NCBI GenBank assembly: GCA_013239625.1
Contig: MU054212.1
Span: forward strand, 248,001 to 312,000
Reading direction: 5' to 3'
Length of the DNA: 64,000 nucleotides
DNA from: Lama guanicoe
Lineage: Eukaryota
Of the stretch, positions 1 through 12,239 are shown piece after piece (the first letter of the stretch is position 1; the number at the start of each line of letters is the position of its first letter). The notes under the pieces were generated by a model that was not told the DNA's origin, searched no databases, and was given only the letters and a program-made list of their open reading frames with translations. Position numbers and translations under genes: made by a program.

Positions 1-164
1 AGAACCCTTGTGATTACATGGGGCCGACCGGGATAATCTCCCCATCTCAAGATCCTTAACTTAGTTACGCTTGCAAAGTCTCTTTTCTCATGTACAGTAA
101 CATGGTCACATGCCTGAGCATTAGGACAGGACATCTTTGGGAACAATTTTCTGTCTAATGCACA
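1..164 (-). mobile_element. MaLR LTR (MLT1B/C/D-like), truncated by the window edge
   Basis: Contains cccttgtgattacat...gataatctccccatctcaagatccttaa...ggacatctttggg and ends in ...caca, matching the recalled MLT1 consensus in reverse. Confidence 0.75.
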
Positions 165-2827
165 CATATATAGTGGGTCCTGTTCCCACATTGTGTCCTC
201 TTACACAGCTTGCACAAGATTCTTATCTGTCAGTATAAATCACATAACATTGGGGATGTCTACTGGAACCTGAAATTTCCAAACTGAGCAACATTTCTTT
301 GTACAAAAAGGTACATATCTATCACCTGAAAAGCCAAAAACATAGCTGTAACATTTCAACAAGACAATATATGGGTACTTCTTGCTTTTTGGTTGTTTTG
401 CTAAGGAGGATGGTAACACTGGAACTTGAAGAAGCTAATAGTAAATTAATTTTATGCTTGAACTTCTTTCTATTTTGAATGTTGAAAAGTGACATAACAT
501 TTAACTCTTCAGGGTAACAAAAGACAGTAGTACAAATCGTGTCTTTTCATTCAAGCTACTAGTTTCTTGCCTAAAAGTAAACTGTAATAAGCAGGCAAAA
601 TAAATATCCTGAGGAGAGTTATTTCCCATTGAATCAAAACTAACAATTCACCTTGACATTATAATACATAGTTGTTTAATATTCTTTCTGTGCCTTGAAA
701 CCTGTTAGTTTATCTTTCTTTAATGGGAATCACCACATAGCAAGTATTATATGTGTGTTTGTTTGTTTGTTTTAATATTTATTTTCTTGGGTTGAAAAAC
801 TTAGGAAAAGTAGCACAAACCAAACAGAACAAGTATGTAAAACTAAACTGTATCTAAATAGATGGAGAATTTCGTTAATACTCTTACAAGCTTGTGTTGC
901 TGTAAAAACGGCATCTACATGACTAAAGAATTCGTCCCACTTTAAGTCTGCAATGTTGTTCCACCTGAGTGCTGGAAAGATGAACTTGACGTACAGTGTC
1001 GACCTTCTTTGCAGTATTATAGACGCTAGGGGCTAGGTGCTGAGTGGCATTCGCACACATGACATCCTTCCAAAGAGGAACTATGTGGTAACAAAACTCA
1101 AAGTAACTTGGAGGGGAAGTAAAACTGTAGAGTAATTTATCACCACAGTTACTAACTCCAATGCAGTACCAGAATTCACTAGTTTTTGGTGGAACTATTA
1201 CAAGGTACAGGTTATATGCAGTTCCAGAGTGCCAACTGCTACCCTGTTCCTTCTTCTCCTGAAAGAACTCATGGTGGAAGGAAAGTGAGAAAGAGTGAAG
1301 AATTGTAAGAATAGCCTTAAACTTTGAATTTGATTTAATTTACCTTTAAAAATAATTACAAATGTATTTTTACAAATAATTAATACAAATATTGTATAAG
1401 TATGTGTACAAATATTTAATAATTATAAACATTGATACTTTATTATAAAAGGTAAGTTACTTAATAAGATCAGGACACTTGATACAAAGCAGAAATGAGG
1501 AGGCCTGGACTGTCTTCCAGACCTTTTGTTTTATACCTGACATCACCTCTTTTTATGTCTGCATTGAACAAAGTTGTCAAGTAGATGAAGCATACTTTTG
1601 ATGTCTCCCACATCTTATATTTGGAGTTCCCCCCAGCCTTTGGTACCCCACAGCCCTGACCCCTGACTCCCAGGACCTCTACAGTACAGTCCTGCAGCAC
1701 TGCCCCATGCTTCACAGCTTCCTCTTCCCCAACAAAATGTACCTGCCCAGTGTTCTGTTTCCTAGGTCTATGTTCTCTGCAGTGTGAATATGATCACGAG
1801 TGGGTCAGTATGTTATTTCTCCTCTGGTCACATATTGCATTTAACAGGCACTTTTCAGAGTTTATCTTTAACCAAAGGAGTTCATAGGAGGCAGCAGGTA
1901 TCTTTGATTGGGTACAACCTGAAATCTCACTCTACAGTACTTTTCCAATCAGTATGGTTTGCTTTTTTAGCACTTTGTCCCTTCCCTTATTATGCCTTTA
2001 ATAACAATGGTCTAGTCGCTGAGAAATGTTTAACTTTTAACGATTATGCATACATATGGAATCCAGTAGAATACACATATGTGTTCTTTACTTCTGACTC
2101 AAGATACCCATTGTAATCCACACAGAGTTTCCCTAGCATATGGAGTGGTTCCTCTATCTTGTCCAGCTTCTCAAACTTCTTTCTTAATTCAGGTGGCCAA
2201 TCACTTGGTCACCATGTCCCCATCCTTCAGGGGACTGCCTCCTTCTACAGAATCTCTCTTTCTTTATCCTCCACTACCATGAGCCAATTCCCCCTCATCT
2301 TGGTCTCTTAAATACCCCCAATTCCCCCTCCATCCTGGGAGTCCTTTCTTCACTTTGATTTTCAGAATGAGGTTGTCAGTCATTTCCTTCCATCTGATTT
2401 TGGTTTTTCTAGGTGGATCAAGATAAGACTTCCACTAATGAAAACAGGGGAAGAAGTGGAAAACCAATCCTATTAGCGTCAAGTATCTTCAAGGCAATCA
2501 CACTTTTAATTGCCAAGAAAGACTCAGCATAATTCTCCTCAATTTTTAGACTTAGAAGTATTGGTTTACTTTCTCTAGCTGAAGTTGCTCTAATTTGATC
2601 TATACATAACTTCAGAAGGGGGATGGACATAGCTCCCGCTTCCTAGAAAGAAAGGGAGGGGAAAAACCTATATTGCCAGAATTCATTCATTGATTTTCAA
2701 AGTATTATTGGTTACTTATGCCAAGCACTAGCGCTAAGGAGTAAATAAGTCAGATACGGTTCCCTGCCCTCCTGGAGCTTCTGATCCAGATTCTAGAGCT
2801 GGGAAAGGCTTTAAAGACTTTTTAATT

Positions 2828-3125
2828 CAGTGATTCCCGAATTATCTACCAAAGATCAGTAATATTCTATGCAATGTTAATTGCTATGGAGGGACGAATT
2901 GTGTTCCATGGTTAAATTAAGTTTGAAATGCCAGGTTAAACAAAGTTAAGCTAGTTTCCTCACTCCAGACCTTTAATATGCTAACATACATGCGACTCTC
3001 TGAGGGGAGGGGGAGAAAATGGGGTGCAATATAATAATTTGTTTTCCTCAAACTTATTTCAACACAAATCCTTTTTGAAGAGTACCGATTAACATCAACT
3101 GTTGACAAAATATATTTCTATAATG
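2828..3125. mobile_element. Degraded hAT-Charlie-type DNA transposon fragment
   Basis: Starts cagtgattcc; ccatggttaaattaagtttga resembles the ccatgaccaaataagtttga segment at about 43.6 kb. Confidence 0.4.
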
Positions 3126-3663
3126 CTTCCAAGACCCCAGCCCAAATGCTTTCTTCTATACACGAGGAAACTGAGGTGGCCTAAAATGGTGAGGAGCAGA
3201 GCCAAGACAAGAAATGGGTCTCCTTATTATTACTCCCATGATCTTTTGACCATTCTACAGTGTTTGTTTCTACTATCTTCTCTCACCTCCTGGCAGAATA
3301 TAAAACATCAATGTTTCTTCCTTCTTTGCTTCCCTCCTTCATCTCAGATCATGGTCACAGTACTTGTCTTTTCACATGTTTGCTGAGTGTTTCCTCTGTT
3401 TTCTCTAATTTTCTCATAATTAACTCAGTGCTGGACAGAATACACAGAACATTCACTCTCTCACGTGAGACAGGCTGTAGGCAAGAATATTTGTGCGAGC
3501 ACCCGGACTTATGTGAGTACGTGTTTAATTACAAAATCTACCTAAATACAAATTATATAATATGGATATGCATTTTGATTTGGGAAACTTAAGCGGGGCG
3601 GGGGGGGGGAATGTCCTTTCACTGTCTCAATTTAAAAGATATCCATGTCCCGGAGCTGCTATA

Positions 3664-3677
3664 CTGCCACCTTGTGG
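3664..3677 (-). promoter_or_regulatory. CTCF-binding motif (strong)
   Basis: Minus strand reads CCACAAGGTGGCAG(TA), a near-perfect match to CCASYAGRKGGCRS; a G-run/GC box lies about 60 bp away. Confidence 0.7.
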
Positions 3678-4279
3678 TAAGTATGCATAAGAGCCAACTA
3701 AATAAATACAGCCGACCCTTCTCTAGTGCATTATTACATAATGACCCAAAGGGGAAAATACTTTTATTAAAGTGCTATTCAGAAAAATGAAATGTTTTAC
3801 CATTAATTAAGTGTCTGCTGATATATAATTTGGGCCCTTCAATCAGGTTTGCTTGATAATCAAAACAGTAAATGTCACCACTGAACACTTACTACATATG
3901 AGACCCACCCACCCTATTGAGGAATTCCCAAACTTGTGATATATACAATAGGAACACATGTCAGTGGGCTCTGAAGCAAGCTCTAGTGGGTTATATTAGG
4001 AGGTGTGGCCTCAGAGAGTGACTTTAGTTGGATGTCTGTTCATTATCTGCTGGGAGAACAATGCTGATCTGGTCCATGGGGATCCGGTGGGTTGGGACCG
4101 ACCATCAAACATTCTACCTGCATGTGGTCTGATGGGCCCCACGTGAGAGCAGAATGCCAAGGGGCTGAGATGCTCTGCTAACTATGGACAAGTAAGGCTA
4201 TCTCCTCACTTGTTGACAACCAGCCCTCTTTCCACAGGGCAAGCAAATCACCCAGAACCAGGTCAAGATAATATTTACT

Positions 4280-5055
4280 CATTCATTCTTTCATTCAACC
4301 AATAATGAATGATTCCTTCAACCAATAATTATTAGGCATCTACCATGTACCAGGCACCTGCTAAATGGAGGAAATACAATGGTGAGACATGGTCTAACGG
4401 TGAGACATAGCCTCTACTCTCATGGACTTCACAGAGCACTAATTAGAGTTGGACAGACAGAGTGAGGCTCAATGGAAAGTGATAATTTCACATGTGCTGT
4501 CACCCATGCCTTCCAACCTGCCCCTGAGGGAACTTATGTCAACTTCTGAGAGAGAACGGAACAGTGACAACTTGAAAGACCTGGCCAAATACGGGTTTTA
4601 ACATTCAGGAAGCTGTAAGAAACTGAGAGAAGAGACCCTCCATATTAGAGGCCCATCGAAAGATCATAATTATGGGTTTATGCCACCTGATAGGTGTTTG
4701 CTGAGTTTGTAGTATGAGCTAGCACTGTGCCAGACAATACTGACAAAACCCGGCAAGTGCCTCCAAGTAGCTCAATTTTCATTTCAAAACAAGCTATGCA
4801 TGAAAAATTAGTTAACAAGAAAGATCACAAAGCAGCCTAAAATAAAATGCTAAAGGAATGGTACAGATGGTAAAGGACTGAACAGAGAAAGCTCCATGAA
4901 GGAGGAAGCAAATTTGTAATGAGATGGGCCTTAAAGAGGGTCAGGGGTTGGACAGGTTGAGAGGAGGGGATGGGGTAAAGGAAGATCATCCCAGCTGACA
5001 GGAACAGCAGGGCAATGGGGATGAGAGGTGACTGGAAATGTACACTGAAGACCAC
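4280..5055 (-). mobile_element. L2 LINE 3' fragments (interrupted by unique sequence at about 4440-4690)
   Basis: cattcattc...aataattattaggcatctaccatgtaccaggcac and tttgctgag...gcactgtgccagac are typical reversed L2 tails. Confidence 0.6.
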
Positions 5056-5510
5056 GGAAGGAGTCTGAGATTCCTGATGCCTGCTAATAAGCCCACTTTT
5101 CTGAGTATAAATAGAAATTTACAATGTTCAAAGAATGATTTCTAGTCTGAAAGTTTCTCCTGTATTTTCTCCTAGCCTCAGTGACAGAAATAGCCAGTCA
5201 AGTGAGCAGGAAAAATGTCAGCAAACAATAAAGTCAGAAGTGGGTCGAAAAGGGCAAAGACCTATTTCTATCAAGTCTCCCAACTCCTATCCCCTGTCAA
5301 GGCTTCTGGTCTTGACCTCAGGGAAGAGCCTGCATTTTCTCTCCAGGAAACAAGTTTCAGGATATTTGCCATATCAGAAGGGGGATGACAGCTTCTGGGA
5401 GAAGTGCTCAGAGTAGAAAATGTAGGGCTTACATCTCAGCTAAGGCATGACCAAGCCTCCAGTAAGGCAGAGAGCTGAGAAAAGATCCACGAGGTTCCCA
5501 GGGCACTCAC

Positions 5511-5608
5511 ACTGCAGAGGTACCTGGAGAATCAACTCATCAGCATCATCCACTGCCCTTATCTGCTGAGGTACCTCCTGAGTTCCTGCCAATTCACTAT
5601 CAAGTAAC
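5511..5608 (-). other. Candidate exon (98 nt), open frame LLDSELAGTQEVPQQIRAVDDADELILQVPLQ
   Basis: Minus-strand acceptor tgtgtgcag|G and donor AGT|gtgagt; phase matches the 7074-6794 candidate exon. Confidence 0.3.
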
Positions 5609-5778
5609 CTGCACACAGACTAACTTCCCCGGGTTCTTTCTTTGTTATCTGAATCACATTAGGTTAAGTTGTATTCCTTTCCACTCCATTATTTAACATC
5701 TACCTTGTGAGAATTTAAACTTAACAAAATGAATCCTTACTCTTGACATATGATCAATTACAGCTCTATGGCATAGGA

Positions 5779-6005
5779 CTGGGATCTACAAACTAGAGCC
5801 CCCAGGCCAAATCCAACCTGCTGTGTATTTTTGTAAATGAGGCTTGAAAGGAACGCTACCATGCACATCTTGTGTGTCTATGGATGTCTATTGTTGCTTT
5901 TATACTACAAAGGCAGAGTTCAGTGGTTATGACAGAGACTATGTGGCCCACAAAGCTGAAAGTATTTTTAACTTGGGCCTTTACAAAAGAAATGGCTGAT
6001 CCCTG
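5779..6005 (+). mobile_element. MER58A-like hAT-Charlie element
   Basis: ggccaaatcc...tttttgtaaat...ggcagagtt...gacagagactatgtggcccacaaagctgaaa...ggcctttaca...gctgatccctg. Confidence 0.8.
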
Positions 6006-6029
6006 GCATAAAATAGATACAACTGATGA

Positions 6030-6190
6030 TTAGAAGACTGAGGTTCAGACTTACTGGTCAAGGTCTTATAATCTCTCAGAATCTCAGTTTGTCACCTCAA
6101 AAATGGGAATGATAATGCCTGCTTTGTCCATCTCATGACACTGCAGTGTGGAGTGAGTGAAATAACACATAAGTATTTATAAACCTTGTA
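6030..6190 (+). mobile_element. MIR SINE
   Basis: Core tctcagtttgtcacctcaaaaatgggaatgataatgcct. Confidence 0.7.
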
Positions 6191-6793
6191 TATGGGGCTC
6201 CAGTGCTCCAGGGTCCCTCCTCGGCCCACTGCAACTCTGCAGCAGCTCCAAGGTACTTCCCCTCCTTCCCAGGTAGAGTGAGCCCGATCTTCCTGTTTGC
6301 TGGCTTCCTTACCTTGGTTGGAGTCTCGTGCCCTCTCCCACAGCTGCTTCAAAAGGGCTTCCAAATATGCCATTAAGACCCTGCTAGTCTCTCCTGCCCT
6401 TTGGTATTTTTGTCACCCACAACAGATTCAAAGGAAAGGAATTCAGTCATTCATCAATGGATGACAAAGCTTTAGAAGGGAGAAAGCCAAATGAAGGTAT
6501 CAAAAGACCACTGTGACTAAATCCAAGAATAATTAGAAGATACACACAGATGTTTAAAGCATAATCACAAGACTTTGAAGACAGTGGCCAGAAGTCTGTA
6601 TTTGATTCAGTGACTGGTGTGAAGTCCCTGGAGGACAGAGTAATAAGGCTAAAGCAGCAGGTGCAGGGAAGGCTCTCAGCTATTGTGGGAAGGCTCCCAA
6701 GGGGCTGCCATTCTGTACGGGGCTTCTTCCCAGGCTCCATTTGACACTGGGACTAGGCCTAAAGTTACCTTTCGTGGCCTCCCCACCCCTCAC

Positions 6794-7074
6794 CTTCTGG
6801 TTTCCTCTATGATTAAGTGCCTGGCTCTGGGCCTGACAGTAGGCTGTAGCCTCCAACTCAAAGGAAGCCCAGCAAGAATGACCTTGGTAAACTCACTCTG
6901 CAGAGCACCGTGGATGTCAGCAAGCATCTCTCGGAGATTTACGGCCCTGAACCCAGTCTCCTGTTACTTAGTGATTCCGGTGAATTTTCCATTGAGCAGT
7001 AAGAGCAGGATAACAGCCCAGCTGTCCAAGGTTAGCAGCCTTCTGAAGTCCACCCAGTTCCACACAACTTCTTC
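6794..7074 (-). pseudogene. Candidate exon with a 93-codon frame containing one in-frame TAA (possible pseudogene or non-coding exon; no homolog recognised)
   Basis: Acceptor ctcctctgtataccactag|GAA (alternative acceptor catttccacttcag|G at 7204), donor AAG|gtgagg. Frame EEVVWNWVDFRRLLTLDSWAVILLLLLNGKFTGITK*QETGFRAVNLREMLADIHGALQSEFTKVILAGLPLSWRLQPTVRPRARHLIIEETR. Confidence 0.3.
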
Positions 7075-7590
7075 CTAGTGGTATACAGAGGAGATTTATT
7101 GGGATGTTTTTGCAGGCCAGGAAATTGCTACATGATTTTGTCATTGACAAAAGAGCAAACGTCACTGCCCAGTTTCTGTTGGACTTTCTCCACCTCATTA
7201 GCTCCTGAAGTGGAAATGATGAAAATAGGCTGATTCCTTGTTCAGTTATCAGGTTGGAGGGCAAGCAACCCAAACAATATTCTAATTTCATTGTTTTCAC
7301 TTCAGGGATTATTGATGGCAACTTTAGGGTACAGCTTATATTTGGATTTCCACTTGGTTTCCTGTTCTTGTGGGATCCATTTCAATTGCTACTTGGTTGG
7401 TAGCAACCAACTGTTATTATGTTGATTCTAAACTAGTGAGGGAAAGTTACAACGTCAGAAGTGATTTTATTTCAATCATCTTTGTAGATGTGTCAAAGCT
7501 AGTGGTCAAAGCTGGTTTTTCTGTAAAGACGGGAAATCTGTAGATATGCTATCACATACAGTATCTGTCATCTACTCTTCCTTATAGTTA

Positions 7591-8540
7591 GGGAATTCCC
7601 AAGCCAGGCATATTTGTTCTAGTGCTATTTATGTGTGCCTTGGCATAAAAGCAATCGGAAAAAAAAGCATGAAATATTAACAGAACCATAAATTGAACTG
7701 AATGTCCATGACAGCATCCATACTTGCTATACTCCCTCTATGACACGAGTTAGGACCAGTAATAAAGGGCAAAATGTCTATGTAGTCAAAGATGATTTTT
7801 TGAACTGGGAAATTAGGCAAACAGTGGGGCCACTACTGGTAGAAGATTGAGACATTGGAAACGTGAGTCATTTTTAGTGCTTTCTGACGTTCCTCCCCGC
7901 CCCCCTCCTGCCGGCCATCTCTCTTAAATGCGGTCTGAAAAATATTAACAATTTACTATAATTGCATTCAACATGGTATTTTAGCATCCATTGAGCCAAG
8001 GGTATAAGGAGGAGAGGACGTACTCCCAAATTTGTGAAAGAGCTCTGGGTCACAGGATGGAGGAATGCCTAAGTTCCAGGAGCTGCTCTGAGTCACTTAC
8101 TCTTTAAGGCACATTTTCTACCTGCCAAAAATAAGTATGAATAACAATTTAGTATTTTACCTTGTTTTAAGAATTAGAAAGGAGACAGCTTTGGAAAGCC
8201 CCTTGGAAGCTTTAAAGTGTGACAATACGCCTTGTCCCTCCTCATTCCAACAGTAATTAAACAGAAAGTAAAACTAGAATATTTTACATAGAAAGGTGAA
8301 ACAACGCCCCCTCTAACAGCTGTCAGTTGGTAATGGAAGCAAATTATCAATATTCAGTCCTGACACGTAGGGCCTTCTCAGGAAAGCAGCTCTGTCTGGC
8401 TGGAGACTGCCTTCACATGTCCTCCTCACTGCCTCAGTTTCTGCACAGCTCCCCCGCCTCCCTCCCTCACACACACATTCTCTGTGGTTGAGGGCTGTCT
8501 GTGAAGCTCCACTCCCTTCCTTTTCCCAAGTCACAGTTAC
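7591..8540. promoter_or_regulatory. Putative promoter/enhancer: kappaB palindrome, two AP-1 sites, CRE half-site, GC box, TEAD-like site
   Basis: GGGAATTCCC 7591-7600; TGAGTCA 7864-7870 and 8089-8095; TGACG 7885-7889; CCCCGCCCCC 7895-7904; GGAATG 8062-8067; no repeats recognised. Confidence 0.4.
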
Positions 8541-9109
8541 AGGAACTATTGCAAGATTAACTCTCTTGTATTATATTTCATTCAACAGAATAGCAACGCA
8601 AGGGTTTTGGCTTCTGGAACAAGACTGAAAGAGCTTCTACATAATATTAAGTTCCTTGGAAAGAATCTTTTAAAACAATTTCATGTTGGTGAGAAGTGTC
8701 AGACTGGCAGTTTATGTTTATTCATCCAACAGGTAACGATTCACAATACTATACAAATATCCCACCAATTTACAAGACTAGGATAAATTCCATGTAAAAA
8801 GGTAATTCCTTAAGCATTCTCATATTGCAGTCTTCACATAATAAATGTGATGCCTTCTAAGCACTTTCATGTGAACTATGTCATTTATTCTTGTGAATCT
8901 TTAAAATGATAGTGATAATAATGATGATATTTAAACATAACACTTAGCATGCTTTAGCCAAGAGTGTTTATATCTTTTAACTAATAGACATTATTTTGAT
9001 CAGTTTTAGGCTTACAGAAAAACTGAGTTATTTGTGTCTTTTTTAGAGCAGTTTTTCTTCTTAAAAGCTAAGCTAAGGTGATGAAAGTAACTTGTTATCC
9101 AGAGAGGTG

Positions 9110-9345
9110 ATGTGTCAGACAATAAGCATGGACACTGGAACCAGATCCTAATGCTACCCTTATCAGCTCCGTGATTTTTGGTAAGTGAATTCCTTATCCT
9201 CTCTGTGCTTCAGTTTTCTCATCTCTAAAATGAGAATAACAATAAACAACATAATATAAGGGGTTATAAGAATTAAATGAATTAGCAAAGATAAGCACCT
9301 AGCACAGGGCAGAGCACAAAGTAGATGCTCAAGAAATGTTTGTTT
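9110..9345 (+). mobile_element. MIR SINE
   Basis: ctctgtgcttcagttttctcatctctaaaatgagaataa...gcacctagcacag...tagatgctcaagaaatgtt. Confidence 0.8.
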
Positions 9346-10989
9346 TGTTTCCATTCACATTGTACCCCAGGAGGCTGAGACATTACCGAATCAAGGCACC
9401 CCACAGACACCACCTCTGGGATTCTGCTCTTTTGCATAAGTTTACTCTGTTTGAGGGCTTTTACATTAGACTGAAAAAGAAGAAAAGGTTCCTGTGATCT
9501 TCACAGAAGCAGGGAAATGGAGACATCTGGCTTCCCACCCAACCTTGTTAACTGAGCTTTTTGATCTGCTCTGAAGAGATGGGATTAGAGGGAAAAGCCA
9601 AAAGAGAGACAGCCTCTGAACCAGGGCAGGGCTCTGCCTGGCCAAGAGGAATGGTGAAGGAAACAGCCCAGCACTGGACAGAGCCCAGCTGAGTATAGCA
9701 AGGGCCTAAGTCGACCACCTAGAAGCCCAGAGGGGGGCGCGCACAGATGACACTGATACAATCTGATACAATGCAAGACAGCCCAGGAAACCACCAGGAA
9801 TGCATAGGGAAGCCTTGCCAGGCCCTACATGAGTCAAGTGTTAATCCAGGTGTTAATGCTAGGTAATCTCATTTGTACTTCTAGGCTATGGTGCCTGAAG
9901 ATATTCAGGTTGTGTCCTCAGCCATGTCATGGTTGGGTGCCTGCAAATCAGTCAGCCCACTCTGAAAGCCTTTTTCTGCCCTTGCTGGAAGAAAAGGAAC
10001 AAGAATTTTCAAGGCATGCATACGAGTGTGTGTTGAAGGGAGGACGATGAGCTATGAAAACAGAAAAGAAAGCAAAAAGAATAAAGATTTATTTGCTAAC
10101 CAAGAGGGCATTTGCAAATATATTTCTCCCACATCCCATCCAGAAAGATTTCAAGGCCAGGAAAATAAAAGCACCTGTCAGATATCAACTGATTAAAGCT
10201 CCAGGGAAAACCAGCAAATGTCTTCATTTTCTTATTCAAGGACTCTTTTATAATCAAACACAAGAGGAGAAAGTTTTGAGTAGGTGCCTGAGTTATAAGA
10301 TATATGAAATGTTTGACATGTGGCTTAGTTCTACAAAGAGAAACTTCCAAATAATTTATAATGCATTTTTTTTTCAGATTTCCACTTTGGAGGAGTCTTG
10401 AGATCTTATAAACAGAAATATAAGAGCTACAATTTTTTAAATGTTAAGAAGTAAAGTCTTCCCCATACACCAATTAATACAATTATGGATCTGTGACTTC
10501 AGACTTTAAAAGGCAATGACTTAAGTCAAGGGTCAACTATTTTTGGATCCTCCAGTCTCCTTCACAGTGAATAATACTTTCGTTGAACTAACACAACTCT
10601 GAGATTGATACGAGTCTTCCGGCTTAGACAAGCAGTTCAGCAGTTAACTTCCTTCTAGCTCTTTCTCTGAGAGGGCAGGTCCTAACACATCCTTTAAAGA
10701 TGGTATCACCAATACCCTAGAACTTTTTCCTGATGAATCACATTTCTTTAGATAAAAGAGTTGTGTGTAGACAGTTTCTCACAATGAAGCCAAAAAAAGA
10801 AAAAAAAAAGGTAAAAGATGTAGTTACAAAATCCCTTAAAAGAATAATTTGATGGTCTTTGAAAGTGGCCGTTTTCAGTGTTCCCTTCTTATATCAAGCC
10901 TTAAAGCCAACCACATTAAAAAAATGTTTCAATCGATCTTAAAGTGATTTAATTCAATACTTGGTACCAAATGACAAAAGGGAAGTAAA

Positions 10990-11488
10990 AGACGTTTCTT
11001 CAGGGGAGAATAAGAGAAGCTATATTTTAAATATGAATTTTCATCTTTACCCTGCCCTCTGTGTGAACAGAACTACTTTGACATAAGTCTAGAAATGGTT
11101 CAGCAAGTTCAATTCATCGGTGTGAACAGCTCCCTTGAACTCCTAAACTGGTTTGCTTGAAATTAAGCTTAGAGGTGAATCTTCAAAAGTTGTTAGGTAG
11201 CATATGGCTCGTATCGTGCTTTTCCTCATTTATATATAGACGTTTCTTCAGGGGAGAATAAGGAAGAGAAGCTATATTTTAAATATGAATTTTCATCTTT
11301 ACCCTGCCCTCTGTGTGAACAGACTACTTTGACATAAGTCTAGAAATGGTTCAGCAAGTTCAATTCATCGGTGTGAACAGCTCCCTTGAACTCCTAAACT
11401 GGTTTGCTTGAAATTAAGCTTAGAGGTGAATCTTCAAAAGTTGTTAGGTAGCATATGGCTCGTATCGTGCTTTTCCTCATTTATATAT
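10990..11488 (+). repeat. Tandem duplication, 248 bp + 251 bp
   Basis: Copies 10990-11237 and 11238-11488 are identical by eye apart from a 4-nt and a 1-nt indel. Confidence 0.95.
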
Positions 11489-12239
11489 GAAAAAAATTCT
11501 TTGTAATTCACCCATGTAGAGTAAGTGGCAAAGTATTATTTGATTTCGGTAAATTCATTAAGAGGGCAAAATTAAAGATAAAAAATACATATCAAATAAT
11601 TAAAATATTTGGTAACACTCTGAACCACCTGAAGGCACATTTACGTATAAGTTTAGATTTCTTCTTACCTACACTTGTTGAAGTGAGTCCTCTGAAGGGA
11701 AAATAAAAGGTTATACTGTACTTGGCTAAGCTGTATTCATTTTTGAGTGGGTTTTAGAGAGAACTGGGGAAGTTCCACTTAACTGAATCATAAATAGAGC
11801 TAACAAATTAGTCATAAGTTTCAAAGGTTAATGTAAAAATCCTGTAAAAAACATTTTGTTTAATAAAAGTTTTTTTTAAGCATGTAATACTAATCCTTGC
11901 AAGAGCACTGTTGCAAAATATATGCTGAACTTAAGTAACACTCAGTACAAGATGATGAGTGAAAGTGATCTTTCTTTCCATGATATTAGGCCAGACCCTG
12001 TCAGATATGGTCAACTTATATTTCACAGGCGAAAAGAAGGCACGCTCAAGAATAGGTCCATCCTTGTGGGCTCCTGGGACATAGCTGAGTAATTGCTGTC
12101 TCTATCCTGTGGTGGTCAGTAGCCTCAGTAGCCGCCACTCACTCCCTGTGTTTGACCCACCATAAGGACATGCCCCCTCGTGCATCAGCAACAATTCTGT
12201 ATGTAAGGAAAATACTGCCAAGGCCTCCCATTCTCAGCA

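Noticed and set aside
3594..3610. G-run as a G-quadruplex or CpG island
   Set aside because: Too short for an island; essentially one homopolymer run.
6683..7078. 131-aa plus-strand ORF
   Set aside because: Non-ATG start, Ser-rich, no homolog recognised; it is the antisense frame of the minus candidate exon.
9727..9740. CTCF-like CCAGAGGGGGGCGC
   Set aside because: Mismatch at the conserved core A; kept only as a weak supporting site.
10990..11488. Direct repeat as CRISPR-like or LTR pair
   Set aside because: Two abutting copies with no spacers, internal region or TG...CA ends, in a mammalian context.
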